From NCBI RefSeq assembly GCF_009914755.1, contig NC_060937.1: 64,000 bases of DNA, one strand, 5' to 3'. The position numbers were made by a program, and so were the translations under genes. This document shows, piece after piece, positions 41,117 to 57,184 of this stretch (its first letter is position 1; every line of letters begins with the position of its first letter). The notes under the pieces are model-generated. The model was not told where the DNA came from, did no database searches, and saw only the letters and a program-made list of their open reading frames with translations. Origin of the DNA: the human T2T-CHM13v2.0 reference genome, Homo sapiens.

Positions 41117-41267
41117 TCGTTTGAATCATAACCCACTCCACAGCTCTGCCAAGGGGACTGATTTTATTTGAAACAGAACATGGAAAACTCTGTGCTTAAG
41201 GATGTTGACAAAAACAATGAGGATGTTGGTGGAGAGTAATTAAAATGAGCCTCTTAGTTCCATAATA

Positions 41268-42425
<1,158 letters not shown>

Positions 42426-42767
42426 TACAATCAAAATAGCAGAAAACCAGAAGAGTCTTTGAGGATAACAATTAACCCTGAAGGTTGGGAAGGATGTGAT
42501 CACGTACTAGTCTAAACCACATCAGGAGTAATCAGAACAGAATGTGAGGCCGACTTGAAAGCATCTCCCAACCTCACACTGACCTTGACGGGCAGAAGAC
42601 TCACTTGTACAAGGTGCTTGCATTTAACTTCTGACAAAACACTGAACAATAATCAACTTTAACCCAGGGGTGTCTTATAGGAAACCAGGCCTAAAAATAA
42701 AGTCACACTCATCCCTGACAGTCTAGAAAACTGCCTGCCCCCCTAAAGCTGTGTCCATTCAAGTGAT

Positions 42768-43337
42768 TGTTATGAACTGAGCTGCCAGGTGTTGGAGTTG
42801 TGGATTAATACCATAAGTCTAAGTAAAAGTAATGATTACGCCTTTATTCATCCACTGCTATGGTGCTAGCAAGAGGCCAGAAAGAAGGTGCCAGCTCCCA
42901 CAGTGTTCCATTCTTCAACATGAAACAACACTCGACGAAAGTGAGACATTATCAGCATATATGGCTGGAATGGTGTCACTGCTGAAGGAGTCTTGTACAA
43001 AAGCCTTCTGTCCTTTTGTGAATCCAGGGGTCAAGAAGCAGGGATTGGGGAAGTGGCTAGGAGAGGAAAAGTTCTAAGTACTGAATCAGAGTGGAGAAAG
43101 TGTCTTCAAGGTTTTCCTCCTCCCTCTGATAAGGGCGTCTCTACAGAGGCACCTGGAGATGGGCACCCAATAAATAGTGCTCTGAATGAAGCAGCTGGGA
43201 TAGGTATGCACAGGTGCACAAGAACACAGCTGACTGGGGTCCTGAGTCCTGATGGCGCCTCCCCTTAGAGACTGTGATGTGCTGGCTGTGCACCAAGCTT
43301 AGTATGGGGAGGGCCACTTCCCCCCATGCAGCCTCCA
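42768..43337 (-). mobile_element. Probable ERV LTR inserted in the L1M 5' UTR (family not identified)
   Basis: Starts TGTTATG, more GC-rich than flanks, minus-strand AATAAA near 42845, interrupts L1M 5' sequence; right end and TSD unclear. Confidence 0.45.
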
Positions 43338-44559
43338 AGGTAAAGCCTTTTGATTCCCTATCCGTGGAACTTAACAACCACATATAGGTTTTTGGCTACA
43401 AGCTGGACTTCTCAGTAGTCAGAGAACCATCAAGCTACTAGCTACTGATCCTTGATGACAGGTGGGGCAAAAAGTATATGCGCTTGGAACCGTGATAGCA
43501 CCGGGGCCTCCAAGACATACATCCAACCGCAAAGGATAAAAATCCAACTTGCTAATAGGGCTCCAGCACAAGCTTTCACCAATAAGTGGAATGTGATAAC
43601 TCAGGGGTGATCCCTGAGTTACCTGGATCCCTAAGAGGTAAAAACAAATGGAAAAAAAAAATCTGAGCAGCAACATGTTTGAGAAGCCACATACCACGGG
43701 GAAAATAGACTTTGCAGAACTAGTTCAGCCAAATCATTAATCAAATAAGCAAGTGACTAAGCAGAAGAAACACTGAGTGAGTGAGGGGTAATCAGATTTG
43801 CTGCAATGTATTATTTTAAATGTTTAATTAAAACAATTATGAGATATGCGAAAACAGGAAATTGTGACTCATGCGCAAGAAAAAAATCAGGCAATAAAAG
43901 CTGCCATTGATGGGTCCCATTGGTGAGCTTAGCAGACAAAGACTTTAAAGTAGCAGCTAATTATGAATATGTTCAAAACAGTTCAAAGAACGAAAAGAGC
44001 CATAATTGAAAGAGTAAAGGAAGTCTAATGACAATGTCTCATCAAATGCAGAATATTTGTAAACAATACAAATTATTAAAAAGAGCCAAATGGAAATTCT
44101 AGAGTGGAAAATACAATAAACAGATATGAAAACTTCAGTAGATGGGCTGTACATAGATTTGGGTACACAGATGAAAGAATCAATGAACTTGTAAATCAAT
44201 CCATGCCAATCATATAATCTAAAGAAGACAGAGAAGAAAAAACTATGAAGGAAAATGAACAGAATATCGAAGACGTGTGACAGAACATTAATTACACAAA
44301 TATACATTTAATGAGCGTTACCAAAAGGAGAAAATAAAAATAGACAGAAAAAATATTGAAGAAATAGTGGTTGAAAACAAAGGAGCACATATGACAGTCA
44401 CATTTATGGGCCCTTGGGAATTGTAAATTTCAATTGGGATGAGTTAGTATTGTTGTGTGTTATTCTCCAGCCACTTTCAGATACATGGTTCCAGTTATGG
44501 GATGGAGAAAAAGCTTGTTTAAACCAGGGGTGAGGCTGTGCCAAGCAAGCAGGAAAATG

Positions 44560-45035
44560 TGAGGAGCAAGGGAAGAAAGGGGGTATAGTATACAAGAGTG
44601 ATTGTAATGGGCCATGGAAATTGGTAAGGAGAGGATTTCTAGATCATCAAGCCAGTGAGGAACTGGGAAAGGTGATAGTATCAGTGAATTGGAAGTCTTC
44701 ATGTGCCACGTAGATTTGAGGTGCCTATCAATGAGAGGTATTCATTTTATTGTTATATGTAGATCACATAGTCACAGTTCTCTGCAGACATTGCAGTTAT
44801 TGGTCGTGACAAGATCTGGGGTTTGCTCTTGGAAGGAGTGACTAAGGTAGATATCATTAGAACGGAATAATTTAGGGAGCTAAGAATATCGGGTGTTGGA
44901 AAAATCATGTATATGTATACAGACATTGCCATGAGTCAGATGTTTTAATTGATAGGGTAGGAGTGAATCAGGAACCAAAACTTTTGAAGAATACATGTGA
45001 ATGATCCTAGATGTGAGTAGCTGACAGCAGTAGTT
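44560..45035 (-). mobile_element. L2 ORF2-region fragment (antisense)
   Basis: GGAGTGACTAAGGTAGATATCATTAG...GGGTGTTGGAAAAATCATG...GTAGCTGACAGCAG resembles antisense L2. Confidence 0.6.
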
Positions 45036-45479
45036 TCCTTTCCAGCAGATGACTGTTGAATCTTATAGGGTACATATGCAATTTGAATCCGATAACTTCA
45101 TGTTCTCTTTTTCTTCATTCTGTGTGCTTAAAATTTGACTTCTTCTTCTGGAATAATTATCAGTGCATAACAAAATGTGTCCCCTTTGACTTGAACCATG
45201 GAGAGTTGACAGTTATGTTTAGTTCAATCCCCTTTGCTCTCATAAGCTCCCCAGGTCCTGGCGTTATTCTTCTTAGTTCTACCCTGTACAACGTTTCCTG
45301 TACCAGAAAATCTATACTTTGTCACCTATTCTTAACCTGTATTTGTATTTCCATCCTGAATCATTTTAGTGACCACTAGCCAAAGTATTTAACCACATAC
45401 AACAGACTATTCTTCATAAGAATACATCTTTTTTTAAGGAGTAAAACTAACCCACAGGTTAAGTAAAATGGTTATGTAA

Positions 45480-45840
45480 ATAAGGCCCTAAGCTGAGCTT
45501 CTAGAAACAGCCCTGTACTGAGCAGAACTGGACTGCCACACAGCAGCTGCCTCTACATGGATTGGGGAGCCATAGAATCAGAAGATGTCATCATAGGTGA
45601 TGTCTCAAAAACTAGTCAGGATGTTGTTTAATCTGAATGCTGGACAGTTGCCTCTGCCAAAGCTAACGTATGTGTTTTACTTTGCCAAATGACTTGGTTC
45701 TGAATAGGGATCTTGCACTACGATATCTGATTGGCAAAACATAAAACCGGGCAGCAAGTGTTCTAGGAATTGTAGTTTTTTCTGTCTGGCTCTGGCATGC
45801 CAGAAAGCTGTTAGGGTGGATGTTGAGAGTATTACACCTT
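45480..45840 (-). mobile_element. Ancient LTR fragment (family uncertain)
   Basis: GATATCTGATTGGCAAAAC...GGCAGCAAGTGTTCTAGGAATTGTAGTTTT resembles old antisense ERVL/MaLR LTRs. Confidence 0.4.
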
Positions 45841-47082
45841 ATCAACCAGCTTTTAATATAATTTGAAATATAGTAAGATGTTTAAATGCACTAACAAAAT
45901 TTGATCATACCAAAGACATAACCCATCCAGATGTTGATGTATTAATTCCTAGTATTTTCCTAAGAGAGTTTTTAATAGAAATTTTTCTTTGAATATGCCT
46001 ACTTCTGGCAAAAAATTAAAACCCTGGCTTTGTCCAACTTTAAAAGGTTGGTGAAAATAATTTTATCATGATCACTATCATTAGTGTATTTATTTGGTTA
46101 ATTAAGCACCCCATCTTATTCTAAATAGGTTCATATTTCTGAACCTATTTGGAAATATATAGCAAGTCAGAGTGAGAAGAAATAATCTGCTTTATTATAG
46201 ATGCATAGTTGGTTTAGAAAATATAGCTTGGATTTCAAACAAACTATTCTTGACTTTCTTTTTCCCTCCATAGAACTTGTACCCCCCAAAACTGCTAACA
46301 GAGCAGTTGAATGACTGAATACTTCCCTGCATAAAATTTAGCCCGTTCTGTTTGGTTTACGGTACGGAAAAGGCAAGATTCAAGAGTAAAATGTGTCGTG
46401 CTTACAGGCAAGCAATTTCCAAGACAGAGAATCAATGTGGGTATATAGAAGGAGAAAGAGAAGCAATATATGAACCTGTAAGTTTAGGACATTAACCCTG
46501 ACCATGAGCAAATAGATGTCAGACTCATTATATCACTATCACATCACTCCTACCAAGGAAGAAGCTAAACAGTGGTAAGGAGAAGGGAGTAACTTCATTC
46601 CTAAACTTTCCCTGGGATATTTTATGGGCTTGCTGAACACTTGGAGAGGGAGAGGATGATTTATCACACTGTCATCACCACCACCCCCGTCATGATCATG
46701 ATTGTCACCATCACCATGGGCCACAAACATCGTCATTTCAAACACTTGTAGAGCTGTCTACTATACATAGACCACTTTCATGGTACTTAAGATGCAAATG
46801 ATTTTAAAAATGAAAAACTGAGGAGGATTTATAATTAATGTCACTAGAGAAGATGTATTGTTGGAAAGAATAAAGTTTCAGGAGGGGCCAGGAAGTGATA
46901 CAGGAGAACTATGGCAACTGAGATAATAAAAGAAGGCTTCACGGAGGTAGATCCTATTTGGGTCTTGGGATAAATATTGATGCTCAGGGTATATTCCTAG
47001 TGCAGATATGGGGGATGAGAAAAATTATAATTTGCCTCATTCCAGAGGCTATGAATATTCAGTTTAAAATTTCACCAATGCC

Positions 47083-47286
47083 TGAAACCCCGTCTCTACT
47101 AAAAATACAAAATAATTAGCCGAGCGTGGCAGCAGGAGCCTGTAGTCCAAGCTACTCAGGAGGCTGAGGCAGGAGAATGGCTTGAACCCGGGAGGCGGCA
47201 GTTGCAGTGACCCAAGATCGCACCACCGCACTCCACACTCCAGACTGGGCAACAGAGTGAGACTATATCAAACAGAAAAAAAAAAA
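47083..47286 (+). mobile_element. 5'-truncated Alu with TSD
   Basis: Starts at TGAAACCCCGTCTCTACT; TSD AAAATTTCACCAATGCC / AAAAATTCACTAATGTC. Confidence 0.94.
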
Positions 47287-48865
47287 TTCACTAATGTCTC
47301 AAGAAATAAGATTGATCTTTTATGAAAGAAAAATCACAATTACCTATCTATGAGTATAACAGTAGGTGATTACATTTCCTGAAGTCTCTTCTTTAAATTT
47401 AGTTTTCTTTATACCATTGTGTTCTTCTAAAAATATTTCATCAATCTATTACAAGTTCAAGAAAGAACTTTTGTTTGAAATGAATGTCATCTTGTTTTTA
47501 TATTCTCCAAGCAAACTCCTCCATCCAAAGTCCTTACACTGAATGTTTTTCTTCCTCATGTTATATTTTGAAAACTCAGAAGCATGTTAGGAGTTTCAAT
47601 TGGATACTATATGAAGTTTTATAATTCTAGGCAGTCCTGAGGATCAAAAGAAGATTATTCCACCAAAGGAAACAAATGTTCTTGTTTCTAGTTGGGTCTT
47701 CTTTCAAGCGAATACCGATTTCCAGGAAGAAAACTCATTTTTATTTCACTCTCCCCGCCAAAACTTTTATCTTCTTACTTTGGTAAAGAGTGCTTCCATT
47801 ATTCTGCTGATTAGTCACACAGTTCTATATCTTATTAAAAAATCCTACAAATGTAAAGAGGTTCTGCTTCTCAAGTATTTGTAAATAAACCATAGAGTTA
47901 ATGAAGATAGAATTTTACATCATTGGAAAGAAAGGACAAAAACACACTTGTATCTTACCTCTGAGCAGCAAATGACAGCATGCAGACTTCTGTCTTTATA
48001 ATGCATTCGTGTATATTTTCGCAGGGATTATTTTCTTAAATGCCTATATGATACCATTGAATGTTTTAAAATCACTAATGTTTTAATAAAATATTTACAA
48101 GTAATATTCAAAAGCACTTTTGGGGTCTATTCTTGCCTCATTAAATGCAGTAGATTTAAGTGATTTCACAGAATTTATTTTTCCTCCCTAGCACAGAGAA
48201 TTCAATTTTCAAATAAGAACACATAGTGATACCATAGATGTGTGCAATATTTCCTCTTGCCTCTTACCTTTTCTTTTGTCTGTTTAGGGACCCTGGTTTG
48301 ATATGAATCCAGAATGAAGGGAAAGAAAAGAAACCCATACTAGTGACTACATTTACGGCAAGATGGTTTAGATCATCCCTGATCATTTTTTTTATAACAA
48401 AATAGATTGCAAAAACAACATTAATTAAATCATCTTAGATCTGAATTCTCAGTTGGATGGCATGAAAACATAGACCAACACCAAGGAGATGGGTTCCAGT
48501 AATGAAAAATGTACCCAGAATATTAATGACAAATGTCTTCCTCCATCAAATTTTTTCTCATTCCTATTGACTTTCTTTTTAAACTATATATATATATATT
48601 TTTTTTTCCTTATTTCTATGATCATCCAGTGAGCCTTGTATCTCCCATATATTCTGACACATAATGTGATTACTTTTATCATTATTATTATTATCACAGT
48701 TACTTCTAACCTTTATAAATCCAGCAAGTCAATGAAGGGCGTGTATTGCATATATAGGTATTATTTTGCAGTAGTTTTATTTTAAACCCTCTAACTCATA
48801 TTTAAACTAGTAAGTTTAGTTTCTAGTTAATATTTGTTCAGCAAACATTAAGAAATGACGTATTT

Positions 48866-49166
<301 letters not shown>

Positions 49167-51946
49167 TTACATTAATTATTTGGAATATAATAGTTCAACT
49201 TATATTCTAGAAACACAGTTGTATATAGTGAAAACCTTAGACGATAGATAACATTATACTACAAAAATAAAGACATGGAGCCAAATAATCAAGGTTCAGC
49301 CTTCTTCTCATATGTATTGTTTAAATAATAAAACTCATCTGACAGATTTGTGGTAATTACTGAATTATATGTAATATCATTTTCATATTACAAATAATAG
49401 TGTATGTTATTCATACAACGTTGTAACATATATTATATGTAATTATATAAATTTATTTTATATTACATATATTTTATTAACTTTGTATTCAAAATTGAGA
49501 TTTGACTATGCTGTGTTACAATTCTTAGGTATTTATAACAATCTTTTGATACATCCCACCAAACACTGCAGAGGAACTAAAATGAAAACAGGTTGGAGGG
49601 CAGAGTTTTATGGTGAGAACACAGAAAGTCAGCCAGGAGGGTGAAGAGGCTTCTTCTGTGCTAGGATTGTCTCCAGGAACATCTCTGCAGGAAGCCAACA
49701 CATCTATCGCTAATATATTTTGTGTAAGTTTTAAAAACTCATAGTGTTCACTTTTACATGGCAGAGTTTCTGTTCAATACACTGACTTCTATGATTCTTA
49801 TACCAGTCATCCATGAACTTTCCAGTGTTGACTCTTTAAACATTTGATTTCACAATATTAATATATTGCCTGAACAAATGTTCAGAAATTTTTAAATGTG
49901 TTTTATCAGATTGTCTTTCATATATGACACCGAGCAGTCACAATGGTTTTTTCTCAATTTCATGAAGTTGACCAATGGCTTGTTTATAATGTTGACCAAA
50001 AAATAATCAAAAATTCCCTATGTATTGCTGGTCCTTAACAGTTTTTCCTTAACAAGAAGACACAACAACTCATTGTTAGAATAATCATGATTTCAGTTGA
50101 AACATGGCTTATTTGGAACAGATTTATTTTAATATGAGTAAGATAAATTTTCTATCTGTCTTTCTCTTAGCATGTCAAATTAAAAAGGCCATATGGATTT
50201 TAAGTAAATTTGGACAGAAATTTTGGTATAGTCTAAAATAAATGAGTCACAGAAAAGTCACGGAGGGATAGCTTATTAATAATCAATGACTTCAAGAGCA
50301 ACTAAAAATGAACATTGATTTTCACCTAACTTGACAGAGTATAATTGGGATAATCTGATCAAAACTATATACCTAATACATAGCTGATTAAATATATCTA
50401 AATTAGTAACTCCTTGTTATTCTACCCAAGTCATTTTCTGTTTAAATGGCTTTATTTTTGCCCTTAGTACATATCACTATCTGACCTTATATAGTTTTTA
50501 ACTTTCCTTGAATCCCCAAAGTCAGGAACAGAGCCTAATATTTAATATGCATTAGATCAACCTTTGTCGAATGAATAAATACAGGGAGACAGTAAAACAG
50601 GCATTGGTAAAAATCTGAGCTCCAGATAAAAAGACACCAGGAAAGCAGAAATTATAGATGTTTATGTACCATTGAGCTTCTTTGCATATTATCAATTCTG
50701 CTTAGCTTTTTTCTTGGGGAATTATTCATATTGATGATTAATTGTTCCTTTACAATAGGCAGGGTGGGAAAGATACTCTAAAATGCATCAGACTATTAGT
50801 ATTATGCAAATTAATATTTTATAATGTTGTAACCATTTAACTGTCTCTGCGCCTATTGAATATAGCAGAAATTATAATTTGGGATGCTAGATGAAATTAG
50901 ATTGCAATGTTAACTAACTTAATTGTAGTATGACCAAAACATGCATAAAATGGCAGCCAGACTCTATTTTTTATGATGAAAGCGAAGAGGAAATGAAGAA
51001 ATCTAAAAATGAGATTTTTTTTAGCCACAAAATAGTATGTCTAGAAAAATTTAAAAGAAAATTCAAAAGTAGCTTGCATTTTTGATACAAATTGTCTAGG
51101 ATAAGCTCTAAGTGGAAAGGAGAAAAAGCTGGCTCTGAAACTCTTTGTAAGCAGAAAACTTGTCTTCCTGGATCATGGAAAATGATAGAAAAAATACAAA
51201 AGATATTTAAATAATGAAATAACTAAGAAAGAAACACAGGATACCCAATGAAGACATGATTCTAAGAGGAAATGAGGAGAGTGTACTCATATGTTCATAT
51301 TTACAATCTTTCTGATTTCTTAGCACATGGTACATCATTCCAATGATTAAGTAGAGTTCATCCTCATGATATTCAGAGATTGTTTTAGGTAAAACATATT
51401 TGAATTGTAACAACATATGTAATTTTGTTTTGTTTTGTCTTGGGATAAGACATTTTAAAGCCTAGCTCTTCTCTATATTTTTTTTAAAAAAAGCAATAAG
51501 GAATAGCATATCCAGACAATTTCAGACCTTACCTATCAAAGGGTGGCTTTCACTGAGTGGTTATATGGGGATTATCTACTTTTGGAGGAATGTAATACAG
51601 ACACTTATTTTGATAAGAGGCAACAGGAAGGAGAAATCTTGAATCTGAACATGCAAAAAGATGTTGAGATTTGTTTGAGATCAGTGCCAAGTCCCTGAGT
51701 CCAGTAGGCAGAATGAGAGTAGTAATGTGTCTGGAGACAGCAGTGGGAAGACAGGAGCAAAGATAAACTATTTTACCATATAATCTGTAAAGAATAAGAC
51801 ATTTCACATAAACAATTTTTACAATGTGTAATTTGAAACCTCAAACAGGTGTTTTTCCTGAAGTGTAAATTTGAGTCTGTATAATAGAATTTGATCACTT
51901 CTTCACAAATTGGGGCATCATTTTTCAATCTGCTTTTTACAAACCC

Positions 51947-52210
51947 CAGTGTTCCAAAAGATATTAATAGATCACCCTAAGAAAACATAGCTTCAAGGTG
52001 AAATGGCTTGAAGAAATATTGCACATGCCGTTTTTCTCTTGGAGTATAGCAATGCTTAATTGGACTCTCTGAAGTATGGCAGAAAGGAAATTTGCTGCAC
52101 TTTATTTAACTTAATATTTTAAAAATACATTTGATAATAAACCTCATTTTTTGTGGAAGCCATTTTGGAAGATATTAATTTTATAAGGAGTACAGTTTGA
52201 GAGATGACTT
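51947..52210. mobile_element. Possible hAT-Charlie DNA transposon fragment
   Basis: CAGTGTTCCAAAA...CACTTTATTTAAC...CATTTGATAATAAACC...CAGTTTGAGAGATG; weak resemblance only. Confidence 0.35.
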
Positions 52211-52231
52211 TAAAAGCATCATAATTAATAA

Positions 52232-52729
<498 letters not shown>

Positions 52730-53409
52730 TCTGTTTCTTTTTGACTCGTCAGTATCACAGAGATTATTGAGATTTAAATAGATATACATTTTGACCTTAG
52801 TGGCTTCAGCTGTTTAGGCTGATAGTGTGAAACACATCATTAGAGTGGAAATCTACTTCAGCTTTGCCTGGCATCAGGATAACAAAGTGAAGGTAAGACA
52901 AAAGCCAGAGCCCCTCTCATATAAAAATTAACAAGAGTGAGAGAAGAAGAATCTGTTCCACAACTTTCTGGACCACCCTCTAGACCAGACATATGAAGGG
53001 GTCAGATGTGGAAAGAGAACATTGATGGCAGGACTCTTTTTTTAGAGAGCTGATGCATTAGTCCCTAGTTTTTATTTGAGGTAGGAGTGAGGGAATGCTT
53101 TTATAGTTCCAAACCTAGTGAGAGCAAATAAAATGCAAATGATCAATTTTGAAATATATTCCCTGAGGGTGAGAGACACAGAGGGCTTGTGCCACATTCA
53201 TTCTTGGGAACACTAAAACAGAATGTGTATTAGGTCTGATCCATGCTTGGACTTATGCATAAGTGACATCCCATTAAAATTGGCCTGCACTCCTGAAATC
53301 TAATAGTGTTAGAGATATGTGAGTATCTCCCATAGACCTGTCATGGAATGCATGGGAGAGAAAAGCAAACAAGACTGCTTTGGGTTATGTCCACTAAGGT
53401 TGCCTGTAG

Positions 53410-53905
53410 TGTGCCCGGGGTTGGTTCCTTCTGGTGGGTTCTTGGTCTCACCGACTTCAAGAATGAAGCCATGGACCTTCGCAGTGAGTGTTATAGCTCT
53501 TAAAGGTGGCACAGACCCAAAGAGTGAGCAGCGGCAAGATTTATTGTGAAGAGCGAAAGAACAAAGTGTCCACAGCGTGGAAGGGAACCCGAGCGGGTTG
53601 CTGCCACTGGCTAGGGTGGCCAGCTTTTATTTCCTTATTTGTCCCCGCCCATGTCCTGCTGGTTGGTCCATTTTACAGAGCACTGATTGGTCCATTTTAC
53701 AGAGTGTTGATTGGTTCATTTACAATCCTTTAGCTAGGCACAGAGTGCTGATTGGTGAGTTTTTACAGAGTGCTGATTGGTGCATTTACAATCCTTTAGC
53801 TAGACACAGAGTGCTGATTGGTGAGTTTTTATAATCTTCCAGCTAGACAGAAAAGTTTTCCAAGTCCCCACTTGAGCCAGGAAGTCCAGCTGGCTTCACC
53901 TCTCA
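53410..53905 (-). mobile_element. LTR12 family (ERV9, LTR12F-like) solo LTR
   Basis: TG...CA ends, perfect TSD GTAG; GACTTCAAGAATGAAGCC; tandem CAGAGTGCTGATTGG repeats; ends GCTGGCTTCACCTCTCA. Confidence 0.95.
53620..53825 (-). promoter_or_regulatory. LTR12 U3 promoter: five CCAAT boxes, GC box, TATA-like element
   Basis: ATTGG at 53686, 53710, 53751, 53776, 53817; CCCCGCCC 53643-53650; minus-strand AATAAAAG near 53625. Motifs only; activity not shown. Confidence 0.6.
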
Positions 53906-54435
53906 GTAGGACAGAGACATCAGTAGAAAGAGCCAAGTTATACAGCAAGAGATTCTCAGAGGTGAGGAAGTTGCAAAGGACACCCCAAAGGGACACAGAT
54001 GGCTCTACCTGAGTCAAGGGAACTGTAGGAAGAAAGAGCCCTGTAGGAACCCTCAAGGGTCCCGAAAAGCAAAAGATACCACCTTCTCTCCTAAACACCC
54101 CTCCTAGGTTTCCAGCTTAAAGCAGGTCCGGAAGAGGAAACAGAATTTTACTGTAAATCATGTTTGTTCGTTTTTATTATGATGATCTTGGACTGGACAA
54201 CCGGTTTCTGAGTTTAAATTTAAACTGTACTTAAATTTAAACTTGTACTTAAAATGACTGTAGGACTCAATTACCTAAAACTCAACACAGAAGCTGTGGT
54301 TGTTTCCCAGTCCATTCAGGAACATGTGAAAATGAGGCCTGCTGAATAAAGTTTCAATTCAGGAATGGTGGAAGAGGGAACTAAGTTATATTTTGCTTAT
54401 GTTAGGCGTCAGGCATGTTCAGCACATCAGTCACA
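53906..54435 (+). mobile_element. Possible ancient Gypsy-type (MamGypLTR-like) LTR hosting the LTR12
   Basis: 3' end GCTGAATAAAGTTTC...GCATGTTCAGCACATCAGTCACA resembles MamGypLTR termini; probably continues left of 53410. Confidence 0.4.
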
Positions 54436-54903
54436 GAAGATTCATACATATCAGTTATCTCCCACCGACGTCAAAGTTGACCTCTCTCTGTGACCAGTGT
54501 CTGTGCTCTTCACCTTTCGTCTGCTGTTTCTAGTCAGCAGAGAGTCTGAGCACAAACGTTTGGGCCCATGAAGGTACTGAGCCGAGGCAAGAACTCTTCT
54601 CCCTTGCATAAAACGTTGGAATTTCAACCCAGAGAATTTATCTTTGTCTGCAAGATTTTTTATTTCTTTTTTTCTCTCTCTTCCGTTTTAGATTTTGGTT
54701 TGGGTCATCTTTCTTTCTCTTCCTATATTTGTTTTTTGAAATGTTACTTAGATTGTTTTTATTATTATTTTGAAAATTTTATATACAGATATATGAAAAT
54801 ATGTACAAAATACATTGCTATACATTAATGTATAGCAATAAAGAAGTTGTATATTACTTTGATATGTGTTCATTGCCTTACGGAATTAAAAAATAGATTT
54901 CAT

Positions 54904-55229
<326 letters not shown>

Positions 55230-55298
55230 TCACTTATAGAGGCAGGAATGGAGAAGACAATATAATAGACATCTTAAATATAATAAATTACTTTGGAG

Positions 55299-55300
<2 letters not shown>

Positions 55301-55330
<30 letters not shown>
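55301..55330. repeat. (GT)15 microsatellite
   Basis: Perfect GT run. Confidence 0.97.
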
Positions 55331-55332
<2 letters not shown>

Positions 55333-55554
55333 GCTCAAATGCTGAATGAATTCTGACTTTGTTTATTAAGCACACACACACACAAAATAAACAGAGATAC
55401 AGGACAAAGACATACTTTTGATTCTTCTAAAAAAAAGTTATATTCTTGTTTTTCATAGCCTGACAAAAGACAAGGCAGCTTTTGTCTCTGAAACTCTCAC
55501 TTCTTCATGACTTGAAATAGTGTGCATTCTTTCTGATTACCCTTAATATCAGCA

Positions 55555-55765
55555 AGCATTTATTGATCATTTACTGTGAATCAGAAATTGTTCTGAGTAT
55601 TTTATGTATATTAATTTACTTAGAACTCATGCCTCCCAAATTTCTGATGCAGGCATTCTTAAATGCAATTTATATGAATAAAATGAAGCTTACAGGATGT
55701 CAATGAGCCCAAGTTATAACCCACATTATAGAGACTAGTGAAACCAGACTTTGAACCCAGTGAGT
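55555..55765 (-). mobile_element. MIR SINE
   Basis: AGCATTTATTGATCATTTACTGTG...GCCCAAGTTATA...CCAGACTTTGAACCCAG. Confidence 0.7.
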
Positions 55766-57184
55766 TACACAACAAGACCTGCACACTTGACAAAGTAGAA
55801 TATAAATATTTGCTATCTGCAAGGAGTTGACATTGTCTGACAAGTGAAATATAATTTTTGTGAGGCTGTTTTTCTCTATTTGCAGTACTATTGCAAAGAT
55901 CATGCTGCAGTTCTTCCCTTGCCAGTTATTTACAGTACTGCTATTTAACATCACCTCAATAGATAACATTGAACTATACAAAAATCCCCAGGATTAAAGG
56001 AAAATATGCTTTGACTTTATTTCTAATTCTTTTTGGAGAATAAAAATGTGAACTATTCTGAGTTTTATGGGTATCCCATATATGTACATAAAGTTAATTT
56101 TCTGTCTCAAGAGTAACAGAGATATAAAAAGGCCAATCACAATTTTATGAATAGGAAATATAAGATCTGGGGATTTGATTTCTCTATTGTTGTATTCTAA
56201 ATAACAGCACTATTTCTAGGGAATACTTACATCCTTCCTGACACAGAACAACTAGCAACTTTCATTAGAGAAAAGTCAAACCAGATGCAGTGTGAGTCCC
56301 TATATGTTGCAAGTAATGTTAAAATAGATTCCAAACTGGTGTCTTGTTTTGATGAAAACTCTGAAGACAATTTGGAGGCTGTTTGTCAGACTCTAGAGAC
56401 TGAGGCACAGATGGAGTTCTGAATTAAGTGACTTTGTATTTTGAGATTTGAAATGAGCTCTAGTCCCAATTGTATATTTCAGTGATTATGGGCTAATTGG
56501 ATGTGGTAATTGATTATTAAAGGATTTATACTCTTAAATGTTTAAGGTTTATTAATTATAAATTCAAAATTGCTAACAAAATTCAAGATGTAAACTTTAT
56601 CAATTTATGTAGAATTGTGTGAACCATGTTTTGCTTTGTTTGGTAACACAATATTTTTCTTTTGAGGATTTTCTATAAAGCCAAATAGAAGTCCTTGAGA
56701 TCTCAAAAGTTTAAATATTTTAACTTTTCTAATATGTAAAGCAACAACATTTACTGCCTATTTTCCAATCATACCAAACAATTTTGAGTTGAAATGCTTG
56801 TTTCCTTCCCATAGGGGAAGAACCCTGAATTTATAAACTAAACACCTTGCATGTCTTTTGCATAAATTAAGATAAAGTAAGCATATTTAATTTATCATTG
56901 GGTGTTTGTGTATATTTCTAAAATCTTAAAGTAGATTAAATAATATGCTTCAGAAAGGAATTATGTATCTGTGATGCATCATTTTCAAAGCATCGTTTGC
57001 ATGACTTCAATCAATATTATTACTTTAAAATCAGAGCATTTCTGAATCCCAGATGCAATAGTTTAATAGCATTATTGTAGTTCACTGTTTTTACTGTACC
57101 ATTAGTTTAATTTTTTTTCTAAATGATTTATTGATTTATGTTAGCTATCATTAAAAATAATCATAAACTTCTTTTAAATGTTTA

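Noticed and set aside
43597-43621. 10-bp hairpin TAACTCAGGG/CCCTGAGTTA
   Set aside because: Short, inside probable L1M 5' sequence, and plausible by chance in 64 kb.
53309-54098. ORF cluster around LTR12
   Set aside because: LTR tandem-repeat translations, not retroviral coding sequence.
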